In this document: positions 45,682 through 57,600 of the stretch, piece after piece
Position numbering within the stretch: position 1 is the first letter of the stretch
Layout: each line of letters begins with the position of its first letter
Assembly: GCA_002269645.1 (NCBI GenBank)
Contig: NIVC01002499.1
Location: forward strand, 62,001 to 126,000
DNA: 64,000 bases
Origin: Macrostomum lignano
Lineage: Eukaryota
Direction: 5' to 3'
Made by a program: the position numbers and the translations under genes
The notes under the pieces: generated by a model
The model's database searches: none
What the model saw: the letters and a program-made list of their open reading frames with translations, nothing else
What the model was told of the DNA's origin: nothing

Positions 45682-48600
45682 ATGCCAAGGCTGAATGCGG
45701 ATTCTGGGTATGTTTTTATTCATAAAGGATGTGTAAAAAGTATAAAATTAAAACTTTCCAGATCATATAGAGTGTTCTAAAGTAGTTTTATTATTCTATT
45801 TACAATTGATGGAAGCGATGGCAAGCAATTGTTTGTTAATTATTTATTTATTATTTAATTTTAACATTTTTAATGTTGAATTCCAATAAGAAAAGAAAAT
45901 AATAGCTATGTAATGTTTATCTAACTTTTTTAAACAGTTTATATTCGATGAGTTGTCAATTTTTTTCTAAAATATATAATCATATGAACAAAGTGTATTT
46001 TCATAAATTGTTGGTATAGTGTACTTTGTTTAGTTATATTAAAGTTATATACGAGCGTACAATAATTTTTAGTTTATCTGTTTATTTCTTAATGTTTTTA
46101 TTGAAAAATTATGGTCATTTAAGTCAATACATTTTTACTGGTAATATCCAGATTTATTGATATAAAATATTTCTATTATTTCTGTTCTACTTTCAACCAA
46201 CAGGTTGTTGGCATATCAAGCCAGTCCGCACGATGCGCCACTGTCAGTAAATAACTTAAACAATCGCAGCAAGAGGCAGAATCTCGAGCGAGCCGGTCTG
46301 GTAATCATTTAATTTCCTTTTTTGTTTCGTTTTTGCCTCCTGATATGCTGCAAGAAGCAAAGCCAAGCTGTACAAGTATTGAACAATGTCCCACTGCTGA
46401 CCACGCAGATCGCTGACCTGGCGCCAGAAACTTTGCCAGCACGTCGGCCGCAACCGCCGCCAGTCGGCGCCCAGACCAACGCAACCGGCTGGCGGGCGGG
46501 GGCCACCCGCAGGACGCCCCGATGCTGCGACGCTCGAAAGTGAGCCGGGGGCAGTTGCGCTCAAGAAGGACTGAAAGTCGATTATTGATTTTTCTTTATC
46601 CCTTTGGTCCAGTGTCTTGACTCTTGATATTTTTATTAGAGGCAGGGGCTGCATGCGCACTGGTGCATTTAAGCGACATTACTCCCCTGAGCAGGCACAC
46701 AAATCAACTTTATTTAACGTTAGGCATGTACACTTCGCTGTACCTTGGGGTTGGGCCTCTTCAAGGACGTTAATCGCACGAGCAGACCCACGCCGAGACT
46801 CCCATTCAGCCCCAAATTAATGCGGCTGCACTTGGAATCGAGCCCGGGCCGATGGCAAATCAGAGCGCCGCACTGGAGCACTGGGCCCCCTTGGTTTCCA
46901 CTCGGTGTTCCACGAAAATCGGCCTGGGGCTGTCGGGCATGATTCATGATTTATGAGTGCCAGTCTCCCAAGGCACAGAGAGAGAAGCGAGTGTGTACTC
47001 AGGGGTAATAAGCTAAATCTGCTATGCGAATGCCGCATTGCCGCATCGTCACGCAGACGTCGCTCGGCGCGCACCAGGTTGATGAGGAGCGCCGGATTCT
47101 GGGCAACCGGCGGCCGCCCAGCCGGCCGGGACCGGGCCGCGCCAGCTCGGCGCTGCTGGATGAGAAGGTGAGTCTCGATGCCAACCAATCCGAACAGCAG
47201 AGTAGCCTTGGCAACACCGCACACACATGAATTCCAGGTGTCTCTGATCCCCCAGCCGGGCTCCAGAAGGCAGTCGCCGCAGCAGCCTCCGCGCGGTCCG
47301 CGCCGGCCAGTCTGGTCGGCCGCATCGGCGTCCGACGGCACGTCGAGCTCGTCAGCCTCGCTGCCCTCCTTGGACTCCAGCGACGGCTTCAGCGGCGGCG
47401 GGCGCAACTCCAGGGACGAGAGGCAAAGCCGGCAGCCCAGCGGCAGGCCCGGCTCGTCCTGCCGGGTGACGCTGCGCTTCTTCGGCAGCGGTGGTGGGGA
47501 GGCGCGTGAGCAGCAGGTGACGGTGATGCAGCAGCACTCGGGAGGCAACACGCTGCGGGTGTTCAGCGGCTTCGTGCAGCCCAACGGTGCGCACCCGGCT
47601 TATGGCTGCGGGGTGGCGGGTGCTGCTCGTGGGAGGGGTATCTGAGGTCCTGAAGCACTGAGGGGTATCTGAGGTCCTGAAGCACTGAGGGGTATCTGAG
47701 GTCCTGAAGCACTGAGGGGTATCTGAGGTCCTGAAGCACTGTGGGGTATCTGAGGTCCTGAAGCACTGTGTGTATCTGAGGTCCTGAGGCACTGTGGGGT
47801 ATCTGAGGTCCTGAGGCACTGTGGGGTATCTGAGGTCCTGAAGCACTGTGTGATATCTGAGGTCCTGAAGCACTGTGTGTATCTGAGGTCCTGAAGCACT
47901 GTGTGTATCTGAGGTCCTGAAGCACTGTGTGTATCTGAGGTCCTGAAGCACTGTGTGTATTTGAGGTCCTGAAGCACTGAGGGGTATCTGAGGTTCTGAG
48001 GCACTGTGGGGTATCTGAGGTCCTGAGGCACTGTGAGGTATCTGAGGTCCCGAAACACTGAAAAGTATCCGAGGTTCTGAAGCACTTTGGGGCTACGTAA
48101 AGGGGGCATCCAATGGCCTGAAGCTCCATAGTGGGGCATCTGAGGGCCTGAGGCTCCATAGAAGGGTAGCTGAGGACCTGAGCCCCCGTAGTGGTATCTC
48201 AGAGACTGAGGCTACTTGGGTATTGGGGGTGCTCTTTAGAGGAGCAGATGCTGCAGATGGCTTTGGTGAAAACATGCTTATTACTCATTACAGAGAATGA
48301 AGCAAATTGAAAAATGATTTCAATGCCACCGACCGCCGCACATCTGCAAACAGCGACAGCCACCTGCTGCCACCCCCGTCAACTGCTCCGTACTTTTTTG
48401 GGACTCTCCTCAGCGGCTTAGTCGGCATGTAGTAGAGAAAATGATTTATGAACTCTCAGATGAAAGTAGAAAAACTGAGCACAGGGCTTCTCTGGTTGCC
48501 ACTGACAACTTGCCACTGCTGCTGGGATGCTGGGGCTGCGGCTTTTCTATTGCTGGGGCAGCTGAGGGGCAGTCAGGGGGTGGGCGACTTCCCCCGCTCC

Positions 48601-51600
48601 GGCCTCAGCTAAACAATGGGCCATAATAGGCTTTATGTCAGAGTGCAAAATTCAACACGTGACTATTTCGTCTACTGCAAGTAGCAAGCTGCGTTTTGCA
48701 TCGGATTCCTTTGAAAAATTGCAGAGGATTTCACTTTCGTTAGCCGGCGCCACCGCGGGTTCCCATTCTCTCTGTCGTTGTACATCAGCGGCGTTATGGA
48801 CTCGCGGTTGAGCACCTGCTGTGAGTTCCGGCACACCCCGGGGGCGCGGCTCGGCTCCCAGACCGGCCACTTCGGCTTTGTAGGAGCCGTCAACGCTGCG
48901 CCCTGCTTCAAGTGAGTGTGCTAGACTTCTACAGTGTGCTGGACTTCTAGAGTGTGCTGGACTTCTAGAGTGTGCTGGACTTCTAGGGTGTGCTGGACTT
49001 CTAGAGTGTGCTGGACTTCTAGAGTGTGCTGGACTTCTAGAGTGTGCTGGACTTCTAGAGTGTGCTGGACTTCTACAATGTGCTGGACTTCTAGAGTGTG
49101 CTGGACTTCTACAGTGTGCTGGACTTCTACAGTGTGCTGGACTTCTAGAGTGTGCTGGACTTCCCTAAGTGCTCCAGGCAGTTTGCATAGTGTGCCAGAC
49201 TCCAGACTGCCAAAAAAGTCCGGAACCATTTCAACCAGCAATCGTTTCCCTTTAACAGGTGCCAAATCGAGCAGAGGACTCGAACCTCGGACCGTCTAGC
49301 CAAGGGCACGGCCGCTGAGCGCAGCGAGCCGCGCCAGCCCCACCACCCTCCCTGGCCGTCCCAGCAGCAGCTTCCTGCAACTCCTCGAGGTACATTTCGA
49401 ATTCTGAGTTTGCTTGACATCAGCTGGTCTGAACTGCAGAATTTCTATTTTTATTGAAATTTTGAAATGGAAAATTCCTGCAGGCCAAACAGCCGCCGCC
49501 ACTCGGAGCCGCCACCAGCCGCCGCCACTGGTCCTGGACCCCATCTTCGCGGACTCCCCGGCCGCCGGGACTCAGTCCGCTGCCGGCAATTCAGCCAGAG
49601 CTGGTGAGTCATCGGTTGCCATAGCAACCTAAGACGCATCTTGCTCAGAGATAGCGCGCCTGACTCTCATTGCGCTAAAGTACATTTACTTGGTATTCGT
49701 GTGCGGAACTCAACTTGTGGAGCAACGATGAGAAGTCAGGGCCGCTGTACGCCCTGCGTGAGCGCATGCCAGAGTGCTCAGGGTCAGCTCAACGGCCTGA
49801 CTGCTCAGGGTCAGCTCAACGGCCTGACTGCTGGCCTCCTCGCTGGCTCCGGGTCGGCAGTGCCCAAAGTCCCCCTGCACATTAATGATGGACAATCGGT
49901 TGCCATGGTAACCAGGTGTTTTCTTTGATTACATCGTACGAAAGTTCGTAGGCTGTAGAGACACTTCGTGTAAAAATGGGTTAAAATTAATGAATAGTTG
50001 TCATGGATACTGACTAGGCGTGCCGTATCGTCGATAGACCTAAAGAACACGCGCAGACAGCAATGATTGGACAATGGACTTGGGGATTTGGGATCTTTGC
50101 TCAGCCCCTGGCCATCGGTGCAAATTGGAAATCTGAGCACAATTGCTCCCTATCACCTATTATCCCCATGGGGATCGCCAGGATTAGGCTGCAAGCCGTC
50201 AACCTGTTTCGCGAGCAGGCGTCGCTCCGTGAGCTCATTGATTCGCGAGAGCCCGGGGGAAACTGAGCCACGTGTGAATAAGAGAGAAGGGAGAATGCAA
50301 GGTTGAGAAGCGATGAAGCAGCTCGGCAGCTGGGAATTCGGAATTCGATGATTGCCGGCCTTGACGGAGGGGGTGGCGGCCCGGCGAACTGCGAGAGGCC
50401 GAGGCGGGTCGATGCGGCCCCACCGGACCCGCCCCCGGGGGAGGGCAGAATGGGAGAATAGATTTTTGTTGCCGGGCACGCAGGTGCACCCGACAGGCAA
50501 TTAGCTGATGGAGCCTGGAAGATGGAGGCTGCGTCCAGCCGAGCCGAGCAGAAGAAGAACAAGGGCATTCGAGCCTTCCAATCTTCTTTCACTGGCCACA
50601 AGGCTCACCCTTAACGACTGTTTCATTCTGTCTGAGCAGATGGCTTTCACTCAGTGCAGCAGCTGTGCAAGCTGAGTGAGACCGGGGGGAGCTAGTGCTG
50701 CGTCACGGGGCAGCTCGGGCCTTCGACAGAGCGCGGCTGCACCCACAGCTGGTGGGAGATTATTTCAGCGATTAAAAATGAACTGGGAGAGAATGGCAAC
50801 GAGTTGGAGAAATTCGACACGCATTGGAATTCAGTGTGAGATCTCAAATCTGAGTTTGAGATCTCAGAAGTGAGTGTGAGATCCCAGAAGTGAGTGTGAG
50901 ATCTCAGAAGTGAGTGTGAGATCTCAGAAGTGAGTGTGAGATCTCAGAAGTGAGTGGCAGATCTCAGAAGTGAGTATGAGATCTCAGAAGTGAGTGTGAG
51001 ATCTCAGAAGTGAGTATGAGATCTCAGAAGTGAGTATGAGATCTCAGAAGTGAATATGAGATCTCAGAAGTGAGTGTGAGATCCCAGAAGTGAGTGTGAG
51101 ATCTCAGAAGTGAGTGTGAGATCTCAGAAGTAAGTGTGAGATCTCAGAAGTGAGTGTGAGATCTCAGAAGTGAGTATGAGATCTCAGAAGTGAGTGTGAG
51201 ATCTCAGAAGTGAGTATGAAATCTCAGAAGTGAGTATGAGAAGCAAGTGTGAGATATGAGGCGAGTGAATGCAAAAACCTGAATGTGAATTATGCAGCAA
51301 GTGGGATGCCCCAGCATTGAGCAAAGTGTAGATGGGAGAGCAGCAGCACATTAGGAGTAGCAGGTTGATGAGGCGTTCCAGGCAGCCTCCCTGCCCCCCC
51401 CCGGCTCATTAGCTGCACCGCCCGATTAGCCAATCAAAGCGGGCCGCGGCTCCAACTCGCACTAAACTGGCCCTGAAAAGGCGGCCTTAGCGGCAGAAAT
51501 CGCTCAGGCTTGATCAGCGAAGTCGAGCGGCAATCATCGACCCGCACTCGCGACAGCCCCGAGCGCTCGATCGATCCACGAGAACCGCCGCTGCCCCCCT

Positions 51601-54600
51601 CCTTCCGCTGCTTGGGGCGGCGCCGCTTGAAACTCCTCAGCCATGCGCCCCGCTGCCAAGCAGGCGCTGGTGGAGCAGCTGCTGCACCAGGCCGCCCAGT
51701 TCCACGCCAGCCGCGGCCGGCCTGTGGCAGCCGATAAGCTGGAGAGAGATCTCTGGGAGACTGAGAAGATTCGGGGTGAGACTCTGTCTGAGAGTCATTT
51801 TCACCTTTTACTGCTCGACCTATCAGTCTGAGCACTCCCTGACACTCATCAATCTGACCACTCCCTGACACTAATCAATCTGAGCACTCCTGACACTCAT
51901 CAATCAAAGCACTCCCTGTCAACCATCAATCTGAGCACTCCCTGTTACCCATCAATCTGAGCACTCCCTGACACTCATCAATCTGAGCACTCCCGACACT
52001 CATCAATCTGAGCACTCCCTGACACTCATCAATCTGAGCACTCCCTGACACTCATAAATCTGAGCACTGCCTGTCACTCATCAATCTGAGCACTCCCTGA
52101 CAACCATCAATCTGAGCACTCCCTGACAACCATCAATCTGAGCACTCCCTGTCACCTATCAATTCTTGGCACTCGGGTCATTGACATCTTCCCTGTCACC
52201 CATCGATCTGAGCAGTCTGGTCATCCAAAGACATCCTGAAGCTCGCACAGCAACAAGAACCAGTATTTGAGCTGGCCAAACAGATAAGCGCCTGGTGCAT
52301 AGCTACTCAGAAAAGGGACTCAGACTGTGGAGCGAGCGGACAGAAATGGAGAAGGCTGAGGGATGCTGGGGAGGCCATCTGCCGCTGGCTGTGTTGGCCG
52401 GCAGACCCCCGGCCAGACTCATAAAATTTTCATTCACTTCGACAGTCGTGGGGATCTCCGTGAGCTAATGCCTTCGCCTCCGCACCGGCTGCTCGGCCGT
52501 TGCAAGTGGAGCTCGCTAATGCCCCCGCCCGCCTCATCTCCCGCTCCTCAGCGTGGCAACTGTGCCGATTTTGTTGTTTTTGAGTGCTTCCCAAATCTGC
52601 TGAGAGCCTTGGCGCCTGGAAACTTATGAACTGAGCCCGGGACCTGGTGAGGCCTGAAGTCGTCTTCCCGTACTTCGACTGTTGCCTTTGCAACAACACG
52701 CGCCTCTAAAGAATGTTAAAGAACTTTTATTTCCTCAATATTTTTCTCAATTTCCTGGATGCTAGCCGTTGTGTAGTTAAATCGAACATCCTCGGGAAAA
52801 TTCGGCAGCTCGATGCTATTGTTTAGGCTTTCAGCCTTGCTGAGGAACTCTATGGCTAAGGCAGCTGAGGAGCTCTGGGGCAGGTGAGCATTGATGCTGA
52901 GGAACTCTAGGGCTAAGGCTGGGATGCTGAGGAATTCTAGGGCTAAGGCTGGGATGCTGAGGAATTCTAGGGCTAAGGCAGCTGAGGAACTATAGGGCTA
53001 AGGCATGGATGCTGAGGAACTCTAGTTCTAAGGCTGGGATGCTGAGGAATTCTAGGGCTAAGGCAGCTAAGGAACTCTAGGGCTAAGCTGGATGCTGAGG
53101 AACTCTAGGGCTAAGGCTGGGATGCTGAGGAATTCTAGGGCTAAGGCTGGGATGCTGAGGAATTCTAGGGCTAAGGTAAGGGTTAAGGCATGCGCTGAGT
53201 GAGAAGTGAGGCTCTGGAGCCTAAAGAATGACAAAAAGTGCGCTGGCTCCGAGTTGAGTCCGACTGCAAGCCAGCAGGCGCGAGTCTCCCGCCATTAATT
53301 AGCTAATTAGCATAGGTAATTTCCGCTCGGAGAGCGCCGGGCCAGTGCGGCAATAAAGAAGTGCCGATCTGCCCCGGTGTGAAACAGGAGACGGTTGCGC
53401 CCTGGCAATCGATGCGCCTGGAATTGAGGCAAAGCCAGCTGCTTCATGCCGGATCACGGAAGTGAATCGTAAATATCTCTTGGATTATTGTTCCCTCAAC
53501 TCCGCAGAGTCGGCTTCATCGTCCTCCGGCCCCAGCCGCTCTGAGTCGCCGGGTATCGACCAGGTAGGTCAGGCTCACTGCTCTGGCTTGTGTGTGACAT
53601 GCAGACTGAGTTGCAGTGCTTTGCAGCCACTCCGCCTCGCTCTCCATAATCCTAAGGGGTCATCCGCTGCCGACAACCGACACGCGGCCCTGCGGAACTC
53701 GCCGCGGCAGGACAAGCGGCAGAAACAACAACAAAAGCAACTGCAACAAGACAAACAACAGGACAAACAGCAAGAGCAAAACAAACAGCAACAACAGCAA
53801 GACAAACAGCAAGAGCAAAACAAACAGCAAGAGCAAAACAAACAGCAACAACAGCAAGACAAACAGCAACAAGAAGACAAACAGCAACAACAAGACAAGG
53901 AGCAACAACAACAGGACAAACAGAAACAACAACAAGACAAACAACAGCAGCAACAAGACAAACAGCAACAGCAAGACAAACAGCAGCAACAAGACAAACA
54001 GCAACAGCAAGACGAACAGCAACAACAAGACAAACAGCAACAGCAAGACAAACAGCAACAGCAAGACGAACAGCAACAACAAGACAAACAGCAACAACAA
54101 GATAAACAGCAACAACAAAACGAACAGCAACATCAACAACAAGACAAACAGCAACAGCAGGACAAACAGCAGCAACAAGACGAACAGCAACAGCAAGACG
54201 AACAGCAACAACAAGACAAACAGCAACAACAAGACAAACAGCAACAGCAAAACGAACAGCAGCAGCAGCTCGATGAGTCGATGCCGAGTGTACACATCAG
54301 CATCCAACAGAAGCCGCCAGCGGCTCAGTCCCTGAGTGGTAGGCCGCATTTTGCCGGCTGTTTATGGATGCCAGTGTCTGGACAAAATTCGCCCATTTTC
54401 AATTTCAGACGGCGAGTCAACTGAGCTGTCGGACGACGACCAGGAGTTCGAGGAGGCCATCGCGGCAGCTTTGGCGGTGCTGCAGCTGGACGGTGAGAGT
54501 CGGCTGGTGCTGTTCTGAAGTGCTCATTTTGCTGGCAATGTTTGGAATTCAGTTCAAGCTGCCATTTTGAACTGCTTTTTATAGAGAATCAGGTTCTCCA

Positions 54601-57600
54601 CGGACTGCTCAGCGATGAAGATCCAGAGGAGGAACTTAACGAGAGTGAAAGTGCGTTTCAATTTCGTTCTGGAATTAAAAAATCATTCTGAATTATTCTG
54701 GATCATTTGGGATCATTCGGGATCATTGGGAATCATTTGGGATCATTCGGGATCATTGGGAATCATTTGGGATCATTCGGGATCATTGGGAATCATTTGG
54801 GATCATTCGGGATTATTCTGGATCATTTGGGATCATTCGGGGTCATTCGGAATCATTAGGGATCATTCGGGATTATTCTGGATCATTTGGGATCATTCGG
54901 GGTCATTCGGAATCATTCGGAATTATTCGGGATCATTCGGGATCATTCGGAATTATTCGGGATCATTGGGGATCATTCGGAATCATTCGGATCATTCGGA
55001 TTATTCGGGATCATTCGGGATTCGGATCATTGGGATCATTCGGATCATTCATCATTGGGATCATTCGGGATCATTCGGATCATTCGGGATCATTCGGGAT
55101 CATTCGGGATCATTCGGATCATTCGGGATCATTCGGGATCATTCGGGATCATTCGGGATCATTCGGGATCATTGGGGATCATTCGGAATCATTTGGAATC
55201 ATTCGGGATCATTCGGGATCATTCGGGATTATTCGGGACCATTCGGGATTATTCAGGATCATTCGGGATCATGGGATCATGGGATCATTCGAGATCATTC
55301 GGGATCATTCGGGATCATTCGGGATTATTCGGGATCATTCGGGATTATTCAGGATCATTCGGGATCATGGGATCATGGGATCATTCGAGATCATTCGGGA
55401 TCATTCGGGATCATTCGGGATCATTTGGGATCATTCGGGATCATTGGGGATCATTCGGAATCATTTGGGATCATTCGAGATCATTCGAGATCATTCGGGA
55501 TCATTCGGGATCATTTGGGATCATTCGGAATCATTGGGGATCATTGGGGATCATTCGGAATCATTTGGGATCATTCGAGATCATTCGGGATCATTGGGGA
55601 TCATTCGGGATCATTTGGGATCATTCGAGATCATTCGGGATCATTCGGGATCATTCGGGATCATTTGGGATCATTCGGGATCATTTGAAATCATTCGGGA
55701 TCATTCGGGATCATTCGGGATTATTCGGGTTCATTCGGGATTATTCGGGATCATTCGGGATCATGGGATCATTCGGTATCACTTTCAACTTAAAGAAACG
55801 GGATTCCATCCCACAGAATGACTCAGGTATCTCCCTCTGAGGCATTCCATCTGCTGTGCTCAAGCTCCATAGCTACCCGGCCCCAGTTTATTTGTGACTC
55901 GTATTCCCCAGCCTTTAATCCTCTGAGTCCATCCCAAATTTATTTGCCCATTAGAGGGGCCTATGGCCGCGCCAACCGCACTGCAACATTATCCCATCGC
56001 ATTAAGGCATTGAAGCATCCCCATGCCAAACCCGCTCGCCTCTCCTTTCAGTGCATTCACGGAAACTGCCGTCTCAACCATCTCACCTGAGTTTTCTTGA
56101 ATCCTTTGCTCCACTTTTCCCCTCAGACCCTCCCCTGTTTACCATCCCAGTCAGTCGCGACTCCCCCCGCTTTTCCCCTCCATCCTTTTGTCCCGCGCTG
56201 GCCGCCGGAGCCCCGATTTGCACTCGCTGGCAGCGGGGCGGCGGGCCGACCTCCCAGCCCCGCTGGGGAGTTTCTTGTTGGAGTGGGCGATTCCTGGGGA
56301 GCGCCTTCCGCAGCTGGGGATCTCGAAACTCTCTTTTTTCTCACTGGCTTTTTGCTACAAAACCTGCATTCTTCTGCGCTTCACTTTCCTGAAATGTTAT
56401 AGGGGCGGAGGCTGAGCCTGGAGACGATGCTCAGGATGGAGCTCCGGAGACTGGGCGTTTGGAGCATCCAGAAGGAGGTGAGCGATGGCTGGCTGAGAAG
56501 TCTGGGCTAATGGTGATGAACTCGAGTGGAACACACAAACCCCTGCTCCTCCTTCCAGCTGCCTACAAACTGCGCTTCGTTACCGCTAGAGCAGGAGTCG
56601 AACCCGCGACCACTACCGATGGGCAATCCGAAACTGACACAGGTTGGCCGGGGTCAGTTCGGGTCAACCTGGTGGGCGAGCGAGGCCAGTCAGGCGAGAT
56701 GGGCTTTGAATGCTCAGAGCATGGGGCCCGGCTGGCGCCTGGAAGGTGAGATGCACTCGCGGTGGGCTGGGAGAAATGGGAAGACTGAGAGAGGGATAGA
56801 AAGACTGAGAGAGGGATGGGAAGACTGGAAGAGGGATGGGAAGACTGAGAGGGAAATGGGAAGACTGGGAGATGGATGGGAAGACTGGGTGAAGAAAAGG
56901 CAGAATAGGAGGGACACGAAAAGGTGTGGGGAGACATAGGAAGGGGTGGGGAGACACGGGAAGGGGTGGGAGACATGGAAAGGGGTGGGGAGACACGGGA
57001 AGGGGTGGGGAGACACGGGAAGGGGTGGGAGACATGGGAAGGGGTGGGGAGACACGGGAAGGGGGGGAGACACGGGAAGGGGTGGGGAGACACGGGAAGG
57101 GGTGAGGAGACACGGGAAGGGGTGGGGAGACACGGTAAGGTGTTGGGAGACACAGGAAGGGGTGAGGAGACAAGGGAAAGGGTGGGGAGACACGGGAAGG
57201 GGTGGGGAGACACGGGAAGGGGTGGGGAGACACGGGAAGGGGTGAGGAGACACGGGAAGGGGTGGGGAGACACGGGAAGGGGTGGGGAGACACGGGAAGG
57301 GGTGGGGAGACACGGGAAGGGGTGAGGAGACACGGGAAGGGGTGAGGAGACAAGGGAAAGGGTGGGGAGACATGGGAAGGGGTGGGGAGACACGGGAAGG
57401 GGTGGGGAGACACGGGAAGGGGTGAGGAGACACGGGAAGGGGTGGGGAGACACGGGAAGGGGTGGAGACGCGGGAAGGGGTGGGGAGACACGGGAAGGGG
57501 TGGGGAGACACGGGAAGGGGTGAGGAGACACGGGAAGGGGTGGGGAGACACGCGGGAAGGGGTGGGAGACACGGGAAGGGGTGTGAGACACGGGAAGGGG

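Noticed and set aside
46817-47584. 255-aa minus-strand Cys-rich ORF
   Set aside because: Antisense shadow of the plus-strand DUF4590 exons.
54615-55840. GIIRDHSGSF-repeat ORFs
   Set aside because: 10-bp array in an intron between phase-compatible exons 54650 and 56403.
56590-56625. tRNA T-arm-like GCGGGTTCGACTCCTGC on the minus strand (similar B-box-like strings at 37262, 49274, 59158)
   Set aside because: No D or anticodon arms. They lie in coding exons or at splice sites and are likely chance matches in GC-rich DNA.
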